Assembly (NCBI GenBank): GCA_046331505.1
Contig: JAXLQT010000036.1
Span: 267-64,266 of the forward strand
From: Acidobacteriota bacterium
GTDB taxonomy: Bacteria; Acidobacteriota; Vicinamibacteria; JAXLQT01
Length of the DNA stretch: 64,000 nt
Direction: 5' to 3'
Within the stretch, counting starts at the first letter, position 1. Each line of letters starts with the position of its first letter. A program made the translations under genes and the position numbers. The notes beneath the pieces are model-generated. The model did no database searches. It was not told the origin of the DNA and worked only from the letters and a program-made list of their open reading frames with translations. Shown here piece after piece: positions 1 to 9,400 of the stretch.

Positions 1-962
1 TCCGAGAGCAGGTCGTCGAGCGTGACGAGGCCCGCGGTCACGCCGTACTCGTCGAGCACGACCGCGAGCTGCACGGACGCCTCCTGCAGCTCGCGCAGGA
101 GGTCCCGCGCCTTCTTGCTCTCGGGTACGAAGAGGACCGGACGCATCAGGTCGCGCAGGGAGTCGGCGGCGCGGATCCCGTAGCGGTAGGCGAGCAGGTC
201 GTTCGCGTAGACGATGCCGGCGATCTCGTCGATCGACGCGTCGTGGACGGGTACGCGCGAGAACTTGTGGCGCACCACGAACGCCACGGCGTCGGGAAGC
301 GGCGTCGCGAGCGAGAGCGCTTGAAGATCCGAGCGCGGCGTCATGAGCTGCCTCACCGTGCGGTCGGACAGCTCGAAGACGGACTGGATGAGCTCGCGCT
401 CCCGGGGATTCAAGGCACCCGCGCGCTCGCCCTCGTGAAGGAGCGACTCGAAGTCCTCGGCGGAGAGCCGGCCCTCGGAGCCCTCGCCCGACACCGCGTC
501 CACGATCCCACCGAGAAGCGCCCGGACGGGCGCGACCAGTCGATGGAACAGCGCGAGCGGACGCGCCACCATGCCGGCCCATCTCTCCGGGCTCCCCAGG
601 GCGAGGTTCTTCGGCAGGAGCTCGCCGGCGAGCACCAGGAGGATCGTCGTCGCGAGCGCCGCCCCCACCCGCATCGCCGGGGCGTAGGCGGCAGGCACGT
701 GGGACTCGAGGCTTCGCCGCAGCTCGCTTCCGGCGTTGGCGATGGCGATGTTGACGGTCTCGTTGCCGATGAGGATCGTGATGAGGAGCTTGCGCGGGTC
801 GCAGAGCAGGTCGGCCACGACGACCTGGGCTCCACGGCCCGCGTGGCGGTAGCGCTCGACCCTCCAGCGCCTCAGCGAGAAGAGCGCCACCTCCGATCCC
901 GAGAAGAAGGCGGAGCAGGCGAGAAGCCCGAGCATCGCGACGGCGAGCCAGATGCCGGGCAC
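1..962 (-). CDS. CNNM/DUF21 + CBS-pair hemolysin-like membrane protein (TlyC/CorC family); 3' end runs off the window
   Basis: Absent from the ORF track because there is no stop in the window. Manual reverse translation from GTG at 962 gives VPGIWLAVAMLGLLACSAFFSGSEVALFSL...GELLPKNLAL (DUF21 TM region). It continues ...RERELIQSVFELSDRTVRQLMTPRSD...SRVPVHD...IAGIVYANDLL...LAVVLDEYGVTAGLVTLDDLL (CBS pair). Alternative ATG start at 935. Confidence 0.8.
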   Translation of the reverse strand, partial: MPGIWLAVAMLGLLACSAFFSGSEVALFSLRRWRVERYRHAGRGAQVVVADLLCDPRKLLITILIGNETVNIAIANAGSELRRSLESHVPAAYAPAMRVGAALATTILLVLAGELLPKNLALGSPERWAGMVARPLALFHRLVAPVRALLGGIVDAVSGEGSEGRLSAEDFESLLHEGERAGALNPRERELIQSVFELSDRTVRQLMTPRSDLQALSLATPLPDAVAFVVRHKFSRVPVHDASIDEIAGIVYANDLLAYRYGIRAADSLRDLMRPVLFVPESKKARDLLRELQEASVQLAVVLDEYGVTAGLVTLDDLLS

Positions 963-1013
963 GCGCGCGCTACGCCAGCCGGCAGACCGGCGCTCCGGAC
1001 GAGGGCCCGGGCG

Positions 1014-1448
1014 TCAGAGGCGCGTGCAGTTGAAGGAGAGCTCGGCCCCCGTGACGAAGCCTGTAAGCGCCGCGCCGTCGGGCGTCGCCTGCCACGTCAC
1101 CGTCGCTCCACCCTCGGTGGTCGTCCACGTCGCGGTGGTTCCGTTCCAGGTCCCCGAGCTCATGGCGCCGTCGGGAACGTTGTCGGTGATCACCGTGCCG
1201 CCGAAGGTCGAGGCGTTGCTGTCGAAAGTGAGCTGGATCGGCTGCGGGACGCCCGCGATCCCGAAGAACGCGGTCCCGACCCACGTGCCGAGGAGCCCGG
1301 ACGAGTCCGGCCCGGTCGGATCGTTGCTGCTGCACGACAGAGTGGCCAGGGAAAGGAGCACCACCATGCCGGCAATTCGCACCTTGGGCCGCCAGCCGGG
1401 GACGGCGTTCGCGGCGCCTGGAGCTGCCGCGCTTCTCATTGATTCCAT
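1014..1448 (-). CDS. small lipoprotein, function unknown
   Basis: In ORF 1014..1538 the internal start MESMRS.. is followed by a hydrophobic stretch and the lipobox-like LATLSC. The mature part is Thr/Gly-rich. Start (1448 or 1439) uncertain. Confidence 0.5.
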   Translation of the reverse strand: MESMRSAAAPGAANAVPGWRPKVRIAGMVVLLSLATLSCSSNDPTGPDSSGLLGTWVGTAFFGIAGVPQPIQLTFDSNASTFGGTVITDNVPDGAMSSGTWNGTTATWTTTEGGATVTWQATPDGAALTGFVTGAELSFNCTRL

Positions 1449-1562
1449 GACTCCTGCGATGCCTGCCTTTCCGCACGGACGCGCCGCGCGACGGACGAAG
1501 CGTGCAAGGTAGATGCCTTCCCGGGGCCGTCGCGTCAAGCGGTCGCAGCGGGATCGTTCCGA

Positions 1563-2366
1563 TCAGGGCAGGATCTTGATGGGCACGCGCGCGACCTCGA
1601 CGTCGTCGACGGTGAGGCGCAGCAGGTGGTCGCCGGGAGCGAGCGCGCCGGCTTTCCCGCTTCCGGCCGTGCCCTTCCACACGACCCTCTCGTCGGACCA
1701 GCGCAGCAGGAGCGTCCCCACGCAGGCACCCCACTCGACCTTGTCTCCGTCCTGGAAGGAGGCGCGCACGGCGACGGCCCTGTCACGCGGATCGGGGCCG
1801 AGGTACCCGTCGTTCTGGAGCGCCGTCTCGAATCCGACCATCGGCGCCTTTCCGGTCGCGACGCCCTCGGCGGGAATGGCGGAGCGATCGGTGAAGCCGC
1901 GGCCACAGGTGAAGAGCTGTACGGGATCCAGCGCGAGCGACTTCCCCTTGCGGCGATCCGAGGGCGGCATGGGATCCCAGGAGACGCCGTCCGGAGTCAG
2001 GTAGGAGGCCCGGACGCGAAGGACGCGCGCGTCCCTGACGCTCCCCGTCCACGGGCCAGGGTCCTTCTCGGTGAAGAGCGTGTCCTTGCCGGGCGGGATG
2101 GTGTTCCCCTTCTGGAAGAACGTCCGGACGCCGAGACGCGCCCCGGAGGCGTCGAGGTACTCGAGCGCGATCTCGACGTCCTTGAACGTGCGGTCCTTCG
2201 ACGTGTTGCGGATCGCCCAGTCGAACGTGGAGATCGTGTTCTCGAAGCGCATCTTCTCGACGGCGATCCCTGCCGCCGAGGCGGGTGCGGATGGCGCTGG
2301 CGCGGGCGCCGCACCGGCATGGGCCACCGAGAAGGCGGCGGCCAGGATGGTTCCCTGGATCCTCAT
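1563..2366 (-). CDS. secreted hypothetical protein
   Basis: 267-aa ORF with an N-terminal signal-like MRIQGTILAAAFSVAHAGAA. It has non-junk composition and G/C-ending codons. No recognisable family. Confidence 0.6.
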   Translation of the reverse strand: MRIQGTILAAAFSVAHAGAAPAPAPSAPASAAGIAVEKMRFENTISTFDWAIRNTSKDRTFKDVEIALEYLDASGARLGVRTFFQKGNTIPPGKDTLFTEKDPGPWTGSVRDARVLRVRASYLTPDGVSWDPMPPSDRRKGKSLALDPVQLFTCGRGFTDRSAIPAEGVATGKAPMVGFETALQNDGYLGPDPRDRAVAVRASFQDGDKVEWGACVGTLLLRWSDERVVWKGTAGSGKAGALAPGDHLLRLTVDDVEVARVPIKILP

Positions 2367-2375
2367 GGGGGAATC

Positions 2376-2708
2376 CTATACGTCCCGAGCCGAGATCACC
2401 GCTTCGTAGCCGAGGACCTCCTCGCAGTCCTCGGGGATGAGCGCGCGGCGCTCTCCGAACGCGCTCGCGGTCGGACCCGTACCCTCCCGCGCCAGGCTCC
2501 AGGCCGAGAGATCCTGGAACAGGTAGGACTCCAGGAAGAAACCCGGGCGGGCGGCATCCTCCCAGAGCTCCGTGCGCAAGAGGTCCGATCCCGCGGAGGC
2601 GGCGATGCGCGCGACCGCCGCCCGGTACCGTTCCCGGAGCTCCGGCGGGACGAAGAGCCGGACGACCACCAGGTACGGAGGAAGGGCGGGCGGGGCCGGA
2701 CCGGCCAT
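2376..2708 (-). CDS. small hypothetical protein (110 aa)
   Basis: The ORF has balanced composition (LVVVRLFVPPELRERYRAAVARIAA...) and lies 9 nt upstream of the next minus-strand gene. No family recognised. Confidence 0.45.
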   Translation of the reverse strand: MAGPAPPALPPYLVVVRLFVPPELRERYRAAVARIAASAGSDLLRTELWEDAARPGFFLESYLFQDLSAWSLAREGTGPTASAFGERRALIPEDCEEVLGYEAVISARDV

Positions 2709-2784
2709 CGGCGAAGATGCTACCGGATCTCGCCGCCGAGCCGCGGAGTAAGATTCTTCCTTTTACGGACAGCCGCGAGCGACC

Positions 2785-5700
2785 GTGTTCATCAACTACG
2801 CCACCGGCGAGATCATCTTCAAGATCGTCTACTACGGGATGGGTCTGTGCGGGAAGACGACCAACCTGCGCGCGATCCACGATGCGTCGACCCCGGAGAC
2901 GAAGACGAAGCTGCTCTCGCTCGCGACGCTCTCGGATCGCACGCTCTTCTTCGATCTCCTGCCGATCGAGGTCGGCACGCTCGCTGGGATGCGCCTGCGG
3001 CTCCAGCTCTACACCGTACCGGGCCAGGTGTTCTACAACGAGACGCGGCAGGCGGTGCTCAAGGGGGTCGATGGCGTGGTCCTCGTCGTCGACTCGCAGC
3101 GCGCGCTCTTGCCGGGCAACATCGACAGCCTGAAGAACCTGAAGGAGAACCTGAAGGAGCTCGGCATTCCCTGGGACGATCTCCCGCTCGTCGTGCAGTA
3201 CAACAAACGCGACCTCCGGGACATCGTCCCCACCGAGGAGCTCGACCGCCACTTCGCCATCGCCGGAGCGCCGAGCGTGCACGCGTGCGCATCCAAAGGG
3301 ATGGGCGTGTCGGAGACGCTGCGCGCGATCACGCGACAGGTCCTGAAGAAGATGCCGCTCGCGCTCGACGAGGAGCACCGGACCGGCGAGGCGGTGCTCG
3401 ATCGGATGCCCGAGACGGAGCCGGCGCCCGACGTCGAGGCCGAGGCCGCCGACCTCGCGGAGGCGCAGCGCAGCAGCGACTCCGGATCCCTGAGCGGCTG
3501 GTCGGACGCCGAGGCCATCGAGAGCAGCGATCCCCTCGGTCTCGACGACCCCTCCACGAGCGAGATCGAGCCGGTGGAGGTCTCGCAGATCGCGGACGGC
3601 ACGCTGCCGCAGACGATCGCGGCGGACGACGCGAAGCCTCCGAAGGCGGGCGAGCTGAACGAGCTCATCACGGCGTTGCAGGGAAGCGGGTGGCTCCAGG
3701 ACGAGTCGACGCCCCAGGCGTCCTGGCCGCGCGGCCGCGACGGAGCGGTCGCGGCCGGCCCGACGATCGTCGAGGACGTGGACGATCTGCTGCTCAACTC
3801 CGCGGCGCTCACCACCGTGCCCCATCCCCAAGACTCCGGACCGATCGTCGATCCCGACCTCGACAGCGCCCCGGTCCGCGACAGCGATCGCTTCCTCGAC
3901 GACAGCGGTCCGATCGTGGACCCGGATCTGTTCGGCATCGACAGCGATCCCATCGAGGACCCCGAGCTGCAGTCGGACGACGCCGCGACCGTCGTCCTGA
4001 CCGAGGAGGACGAGGCGGCACGCGACGCCATCCTGGCGGAGCACCTGCGCGCGGCCGCGGAGACCGCTCCGAACACCGAGGCCGCCGCGCCAAGGCGTGG
4101 GCCGGCGCCGCCAAAGAACGTGCAGTCGGATGCGCTCCGGGGATTCGTCGCCCGCCTCGAGGAGGTATCTCCTCCGAGGGTCGTCCAGGCCGACCAGTCC
4201 AGCATCTCCACCGACTCCCTCCTCCAGGAGATCGCACGCAAGGCAGCGGAGCTCGCGCGATCGAGCCCGCCGAAGCGCGCGCAGCCGCCGGCCGCACCCG
4301 AGTGGATCGAGTCCCGCTCCGCGGTCCCCCCAAAAGCGCCACCGCCGGCGGCCGCCGCCGAGCCTCCGCCCCCGCCCACCCCCGAGCCGCCGAAGGTCGT
4401 CCGGCGCGCGCCAGCCCATCGCGCACCCACGCCGCCACCGCCGGCGCCCGATCCTGCGCCGACGCCGGAACCACCGAAGGCCGCGCCGCGCCCCGCCCCC
4501 CATCGCGTGCCCACGCCTCCTCCGGCGCCACCGGCGCCCGCGGCGGCGCCCGAGGCTCCTCGCCGACCGCAGATCCAGTCGCGCGTCACCACGCTCCGAC
4601 TCCCGGAGTCGGAGGCCGCCGAGGGCTCTCCCTCGGGCGCAGAGGCCGCGCTTCGCCTCGAGTTCGAGGGGCCGATCTACTGCGACTCCCGGTTCGCGGT
4701 CGAGGCGCTGGCGACGCTTCCGGAGGAGATCGACGCCGGAGACGTCAACCTCGGGCTGCTCTGCGATCCCGAGCGCATCGGCCTCATCACGCATCCGATG
4801 GCCCCCCTCGCATCGCGCGGCGGGCGCACGCGGTTCCCGCTCGTCGCGGTGACGGAAGGATGGCATCGCCTCCAGTCGTTCCTCCTGTGGAATGGGACGT
4901 TCGTCGCGCGGGCCGGGTGCGAGCTGTTCGTCTTCGGCAGGCACCACGTCGGCCAGCCGTACGTCACGGCGACCGAGCCGAAGTCGTCGCCGATCGACCT
5001 CCGGTTTCCCATCCACGCCCACGACCTGGTCGTCGGCCTCTTCACCGATCGTGTCGGCGACGAGTACCGGCTGTCGTACTTCGTCTACCAGCGCCAGACC
5101 GACACGGTGATGGTGCCGCGCCCGCTCACCCTCCCGGCATCTCCCACCACGATCTGCCGCAAGGCGCTTCACGGCATCACCGCCGCGGAGCCGCTGCGAC
5201 GCGAGGGGCAGATGGTGAGCGCCGGCATCTCCCTCTGGAGCATGCTCATCCCGCCGGAGCTCGAGATGCTCTTCTCCACGAGCGGCGAGGCGATCGACAG
5301 CATCCTCATCGCCTCCGAGGACACGTGGATCCCCTGGGAGATCTTGCGGTCGGGACCGGAGGAGCTGCCCCTCGGCGCGACCTACCGCTTCGGCCAGTGG
5401 CCGGGGACCCTCGCTCCGCGTGGCTCGATCGCGCGCGGCGCGACCGTCTCCGTGCTCGGCGACAAGGAGGATGGCGCGCTGGTGCCAGTCGGGAACGTGG
5501 CGCTGTGCCGCACGCGCGAGTCAGCCCTCGTGACGTTGACGGGACGCCGCACCGACCTCATCTACGCGCGCGGCGTCTCCGAGTCCGATCCCGATCTGCC
5601 CGCGTTCTCCGCCCTATCGATGTCGGACGGATCGTTCCAGGTCGCGGACCTCCAGGGCTTCGCGACGGAGATCCACGAAGCGCGCCCCTGGATCTTCCTC

Positions 5701-5991
5701 GACCCTCTCGCGACGGACGACGAGTCGACCGCGGACTCCGGCGCCTCGGCGTGGGCGAGCCTCACCTGCGGCCGGCTCATGGCGGGAGGGCTCGTCGCGC
5801 CGCGGCTCGCGCTGACACGCGAAGGGAGCCGCGAGGCCTGGCGACGCCTGGACCAGCACCTCCTGGGAGGGATGACGATCGGCGCGGCGCTCCGGGAAGT
5901 GCGACGCTACGCGCAGAGCGATCCCGATGCGGACGCGACGCTCATGACGTTCGCGCTCTTCGGCGACCCGGAGGCCCGGCTCGAGGGCTGA
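2785..5991 (+). CDS. MglA-type Ras-like GTPase fused to an acidic/Pro-rich linker and a C-terminal CHAT-like domain (1068 aa)
   Basis: From the GTG start, the N-terminal ~195 aa matches my recollection of Myxococcus MglA almost motif for motif: FINYATGEIIFKIVYYGMGLCGKTTNL, SDRTLFFDLLP, YTVPGQVFY, VQYNKRDL. A low-complexity region follows (PPPAP runs, duplicated DSGPIVDPDL). The last ~330 aa have CHAT-like order (LWSMLIPPEL...IPWEIL...TFALFGDPE). Confidence 0.85.
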   Translation: MFINYATGEIIFKIVYYGMGLCGKTTNLRAIHDASTPETKTKLLSLATLSDRTLFFDLLPIEVGTLAGMRLRLQLYTVPGQVFYNETRQAVLKGVDGVVLVVDSQRALLPGNIDSLKNLKENLKELGIPWDDLPLVVQYNKRDLRDIVPTEELDRHFAIAGAPSVHACASKGMGVSETLRAITRQVLKKMPLALDEEHRTGEAVLDRMPETEPAPDVEAEAADLAEAQRSSDSGSLSGWSDAEAIESSDPLGLDDPSTSEIEPVEVSQIADGTLPQTIAADDAKPPKAGELNELITALQGSGWLQDESTPQASWPRGRDGAVAAGPTIVEDVDDLLLNSAALTTVPHPQDSGPIVDPDLDSAPVRDSDRFLDDSGPIVDPDLFGIDSDPIEDPELQSDDAATVVLTEEDEAARDAILAEHLRAAAETAPNTEAAAPRRGPAPPKNVQSDALRGFVARLEEVSPPRVVQADQSSISTDSLLQEIARKAAELARSSPPKRAQPPAAPEWIESRSAVPPKAPPPAAAAEPPPPPTPEPPKVVRRAPAHRAPTPPPPAPDPAPTPEPPKAAPRPAPHRVPTPPPAPPAPAAAPEAPRRPQIQSRVTTLRLPESEAAEGSPSGAEAALRLEFEGPIYCDSRFAVEALATLPEEIDAGDVNLGLLCDPERIGLITHPMAPLASRGGRTRFPLVAVTEGWHRLQSFLLWNGTFVARAGCELFVFGRHHVGQPYVTATEPKSSPIDLRFPIHAHDLVVGLFTDRVGDEYRLSYFVYQRQTDTVMVPRPLTLPASPTTICRKALHGITAAEPLRREGQMVSAGISLWSMLIPPELEMLFSTSGEAIDSILIASEDTWIPWEILRSGPEELPLGATYRFGQWPGTLAPRGSIARGATVSVLGDKEDGALVPVGNVALCRTRESALVTLTGRRTDLIYARGVSESDPDLPAFSALSMSDGSFQVADLQGFATEIHEARPWIFLDPLATDDESTADSGASAWASLTCGRLMAGGLVAPRLALTREGSREAWRRLDQHLLGGMTIGAALREVRRYAQSDPDADATLMTFALFGDPEARLEG

Positions 5992-6959
5992 CGTCCCTCC
6001 TCCACCATCGCGCGGAACCGCTCGAGGCACTCGGAGAAGGTCGTCGCCTTCTCGATCGCGCGCCGGAACGCCGCGGCGCCCGGCAGCCCCGCGGTGTAGC
6101 GCTGGAGCTGCGGCCGCATGGCGCTGATGGTTTCCGCCTCGGTCCGCGTGCCGCGCTCGCGCGCGAGCGCGAGGTGGCGCTCGACGAACAGCACGCGCTC
6201 GGCCGCGGTGACCGTCGCCAGCTCCCGGCCCTCGGAGAGCGCCGCGATCTCCCGGAAGACCCACGGGTGCTCGATCGCTCCGCGGCCGATCATCACGCCG
6301 TCCGCGCCGGTTGCCTCGCGCACGGCGAAGGCGTCCGTCGCGGTACGGATCCCCCCGTTCGCAAGGACCGGGATCGCCACCGACCGCTTCACCTCGGCGA
6401 CGAGATCGAGATCGACCGCGCCCGCGTGGCGCTGCTCGCGCGTCCTCGCGTGCACGGCCACGGCGCTCCCTCCGCCGGCCTCGATCGCGCGCGCGACCTC
6501 GGGGGCGTTGATCTCGGAGTCGTTCCACCCCGCGCGGATCTTCGCCGTCACGGGAATCCGCACGCTCCGCGCGACGGCGGCGACGAGCCGCTCGACCTTC
6601 GCCGGATCGCGCATCAGGGCCGCGCCCGCGCCCAGGCTCACCACCTTGGGAACGGGACATCCCATGTTGAGGTCGATGAGATCGCCCACGCCGAGCGACT
6701 CGACCAGCGCGGCAGCATCGCCGAGCTCCCCGGGATCTCCCCCGAAGAGCTGGATCCCCACCGGATGCTCGCTCTCGTGCGTCTCCACGAGACGGCGCGA
6801 TCCCTGCCCCCCGCGCAGCAGGCCCGTCGCGCTCACGAGCTCCGTGTAGACGAAGGCCGCGCCGAGCTCCTTCACGAGCACGCGGAACGGCAGGTCCGTC
6901 GCGCCCGCCATGGGCGCGAGGCACGCAAAGCCCGGAGAGTCGATCGCGCCGATCCTCAC
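5907..6959 (-). CDS. tRNA-dihydrouridine synthase (Dus family)
   Basis: Real start is GTG at 6959 (VRIGAIDSPGFACLAPMAGATDLPFR...), inside spurious ORF 5907..7895. Dus motifs are LNMGCPVPKV and IPVLANGGI. The GTGA overlaps the stop of the upstream gene. The last ~30 aa look junk-like and overlap the convergent gene by 85 nt. Confidence 0.85.
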   Translation of the reverse strand: MRIGAIDSPGFACLAPMAGATDLPFRVLVKELGAAFVYTELVSATGLLRGGQGSRRLVETHESEHPVGIQLFGGDPGELGDAAALVESLGVGDLIDLNMGCPVPKVVSLGAGAALMRDPAKVERLVAAVARSVRIPVTAKIRAGWNDSEINAPEVARAIEAGGGSAVAVHARTREQRHAGAVDLDLVAEVKRSVAIPVLANGGIRTATDAFAVREATGADGVMIGRGAIEHPWVFREIAALSEGRELATVTAAERVLFVERHLALARERGTRTEAETISAMRPQLQRYTAGLPGAAAFRRAIEKATTFSECLERFRAMVEEGRQPSSRASGSPKSANVMSVASASGSLCA

Positions 6960-9072
6960 GGCTTCAGATTCTCCACCACCGGGGCCGGATTCCCCTCGCG
7001 GACGACGACCCGCTTGCCCTCGGCGACGGCGGGAAGCTCCGCGCGCGCGCCGGAGGGCCACGCGATCTCGATGCGATCGCAGCCAGGAGCGCTTCCGAGC
7101 CCGACGAGGATCGTCGGGTCCTGGCTCGCGAAGTAGCCCTCGCCCGTGCGCACCACCCGCACGAGCGACCTTGCGCCGCAATGGACCGTCGCGCGGGCGC
7201 CGATCGCCGGCGAACCGTTCCGGTCGAGGACGTCGAGCGCGATGCGGCCGCCCGAGTCCTTCCCGTGCAAGAGGAGCGCGCCGCGCTGCGTCACCTGGCG
7301 CACGTAGAGGTCGGGCCGCCCGTCGCCGTCGAAATCCGCCCGCACCGCCCCGCGCGCGTCTCCCGGCACGCCGGCGCCCTCGACGAACCCCACCTCCTCG
7401 AAGGGCGCGGCGCGTCCCGCGGCCGGTCCCGGGTTGTGGAAGAGCGCGTCGCGCTGGTGGCCGTGCAGCGACCGGCCCTCCATGTCGAAGACGGCCTTTC
7501 CCTTCAGGTACTGACTCCAGCGCTCGGAGCTGTCGATCCAGAACGCGAGCTCTCCGTCCTCGCCGCCCCGCACCCCTTCCTGCGTGACGAAGCCGTTCGG
7601 AGAGAAGAGGTCGAGGGCTCCGTCCAGGTCGTAGTCGACGAAGAGCGCGCCCCAGCTCCATCCGCCGCGCCAGACGTCGCGCGCGCGCGTCACGTCCTCG
7701 AACGTGCCGTCCCCGCGGTTCCGGAAGAGGGAGTTCCCCGAGAGCATCGTCCGCATCATGGGGACGACGCGGAAGCGGAACAGCTTCCCCAGGATCGGGA
7801 GCGGGAAGTTCTTGTCGTCGAGGAGGAACGCGTAGCGGCTCTCGATGTTGGAGACGTAGAGGTCCTCGCGACCGTCCTCGTCGGCATCGCCCCACGTGAC
7901 GCTCATGCCGTAGCCCCTATCGCCCGTACCCGAAGTCCTCGTCGTCTCGCGGAACGTCCCGTCGCCCTCGTTGCGGAAGAGCTGGTTCAGCCCGAAGTCG
8001 TTGGCCACGTAGAGGTCCTGATCTCCGTCGCCGTCGTAGTCCGCGAACGAGGCCGCAAGCGACCACCCGCGGGAGTCGACCGCCGCGCCCGGCGCCGCAT
8101 CGGCGAAGCGGAGCCCGCCCAGGTTCCGGAGGAGGTGGTTCGGATAGCCGTTGCGCGCGTTCCAGACCGGGTCCGGGAGGAAGCTGTAGTAATCGCCGGA
8201 GCTGCAGACGTAGGCATCGAGGAGCCCGTCGCCGTCGTAGTCCGCGACGGCGACCGAGCTCGCCTTCCTGCAGCCGGTCGTGCCGGACGCCGCGGTCCGA
8301 TCCACGAACGCCCCCGAGGCGTTCTCGAAGAGACGGTTGTCCGCGAAGACGTCGGTGACGAGGAGGTCAGGATCGCCGTCGCCGTCGAAGTCGGCGAAGG
8401 CGCAGCCGGTACCGGCGAGCCCCGAGAGCCGGCGACGGTCGGTCGCGTCGGTGAAGCGGGCGTCGCCGTCGTTCTCGTAGAGGATGCTCCGCTCGCCGTC
8501 CAGCACGAGCAGATCCACGTCGCCGTCGCCGTCCACGTCCGCGGCGCCCGCCCCCGACCCCGGCCAGATGCCGCGCACGAGATGGTTCTGGGCCTGGATC
8601 GGCGGAGCATGATGAACGTCGGCGACGCCCGAAGCGACGGTGACGTCGCGGTAGGCCGGTCGCGCGCGCGACGTCGCGGCCACGCTCTCTGGAGCATGGA
8701 GCGCCAGGGCGGTGCCGTCCCCACGGCGCGACACGTCGCCGGAGATCTCCGCTCGCGAGAGCGCCGTGCCCTCCCCGGCGCTGGCGCGCACCTCCGCGAA
8801 CGCCCGGAGCGACCTGGGCGCATCCCCGTCGAAGCGCAGGTCGCGAAGCTCGATCGAGACGTCACGGCTCGAGCCCGCGGGGACCGCGGCAAGGAGCGGC
8901 GCGAGCGCGGGATCGGGGTGACCGGCAGCTGCCTCTTGGGCAACGCGCGCGAGCTCGGACTCGACCTCCTGGGTCGACGCGACGACGCGGGTGAAGGCCG
9001 CGCGGTCCGAGCCGCACGCGCCCGCGAGGAGCGCCAGGAGCAACGTGGGCAACGACGAGGCGCGTCTCGTCA
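6956..9072 (-). CDS. CRTAC1-family lipoprotein with FG-GAP/VCBS repeats and ASPIC/UnbV-like C-terminus
   Basis: Start ATG at 9072 (MTRRASSLPTLLLALLAGACGSD, lipobox). There are repeated DxDGDGDxDL(Y/L)V motifs, each followed by N.L(F/Y).N. The C-terminal ...GEGYFASQDPTILVGLG...IEIAWPSG is typical of ASPIC/UnbV. Confidence 0.8.
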
Positions 9073-9114
9073 TGCTGCTATCATCCTCCGGAGCGGGCGG
9101 CGGCAGGACTTCTC

Positions 9115-9400
9115 CATGGGCGACCTCTTCGAGCCATACGATCGGCTGATCCCGATCTACGTCATCAGCCGGCGCTTCGAGGTGCCCGAAAACAACACCA
9201 TCCTGCGCTGCTTCCAGTTCCTCAACACCGCCACCATCAGCTACGGGAAGTTCTGCTGGAACGGCGAGTGCGAGAACTGCAAGATCCACCACCTCGATCC
9301 CCGCACCGGCAAGGAGGTCGCGGTGCTCGCGTGCCAGACCCCGGTGCGCGAGAACCTCGTCGTGACGCGGCTCTCGCCGGAGATCCGGGGCATCAAGTGA
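9115..9400 (+). CDS. small 2Fe-2S ferredoxin-like protein (95 aa)
   Basis: This is the tail of spurious ORF 7181..9400. MGDLFEPYDRLIPIYV... contains FCWNGECENC (C-x4-C-x2-C) plus a downstream LAC, the plant-type 2Fe-2S Cys spacing. Confidence 0.55.

Noticed and set aside
2376-2784. Whether the 110-aa ORF next to the MglA-type gene is MglB (roadblock/LC7).
   Set aside because: The sequence shows no roadblock-like pattern that I recognise. It is divergently oriented and looks more like a small alpha/beta barrel protein.
1626-7136. 1836-aa plus-strand ORF, with its 1129-aa minus-strand counterpart 1783..5172 and several others longer than 400 aa in the same region.
   Set aside because: Their composition is almost pure Arg/Gly/Ala/Pro/Asp with no motifs. 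They run through and across well-supported genes (the MglA fusion and Dus). This is typical of open non-coding frames in very GC-rich DNA.
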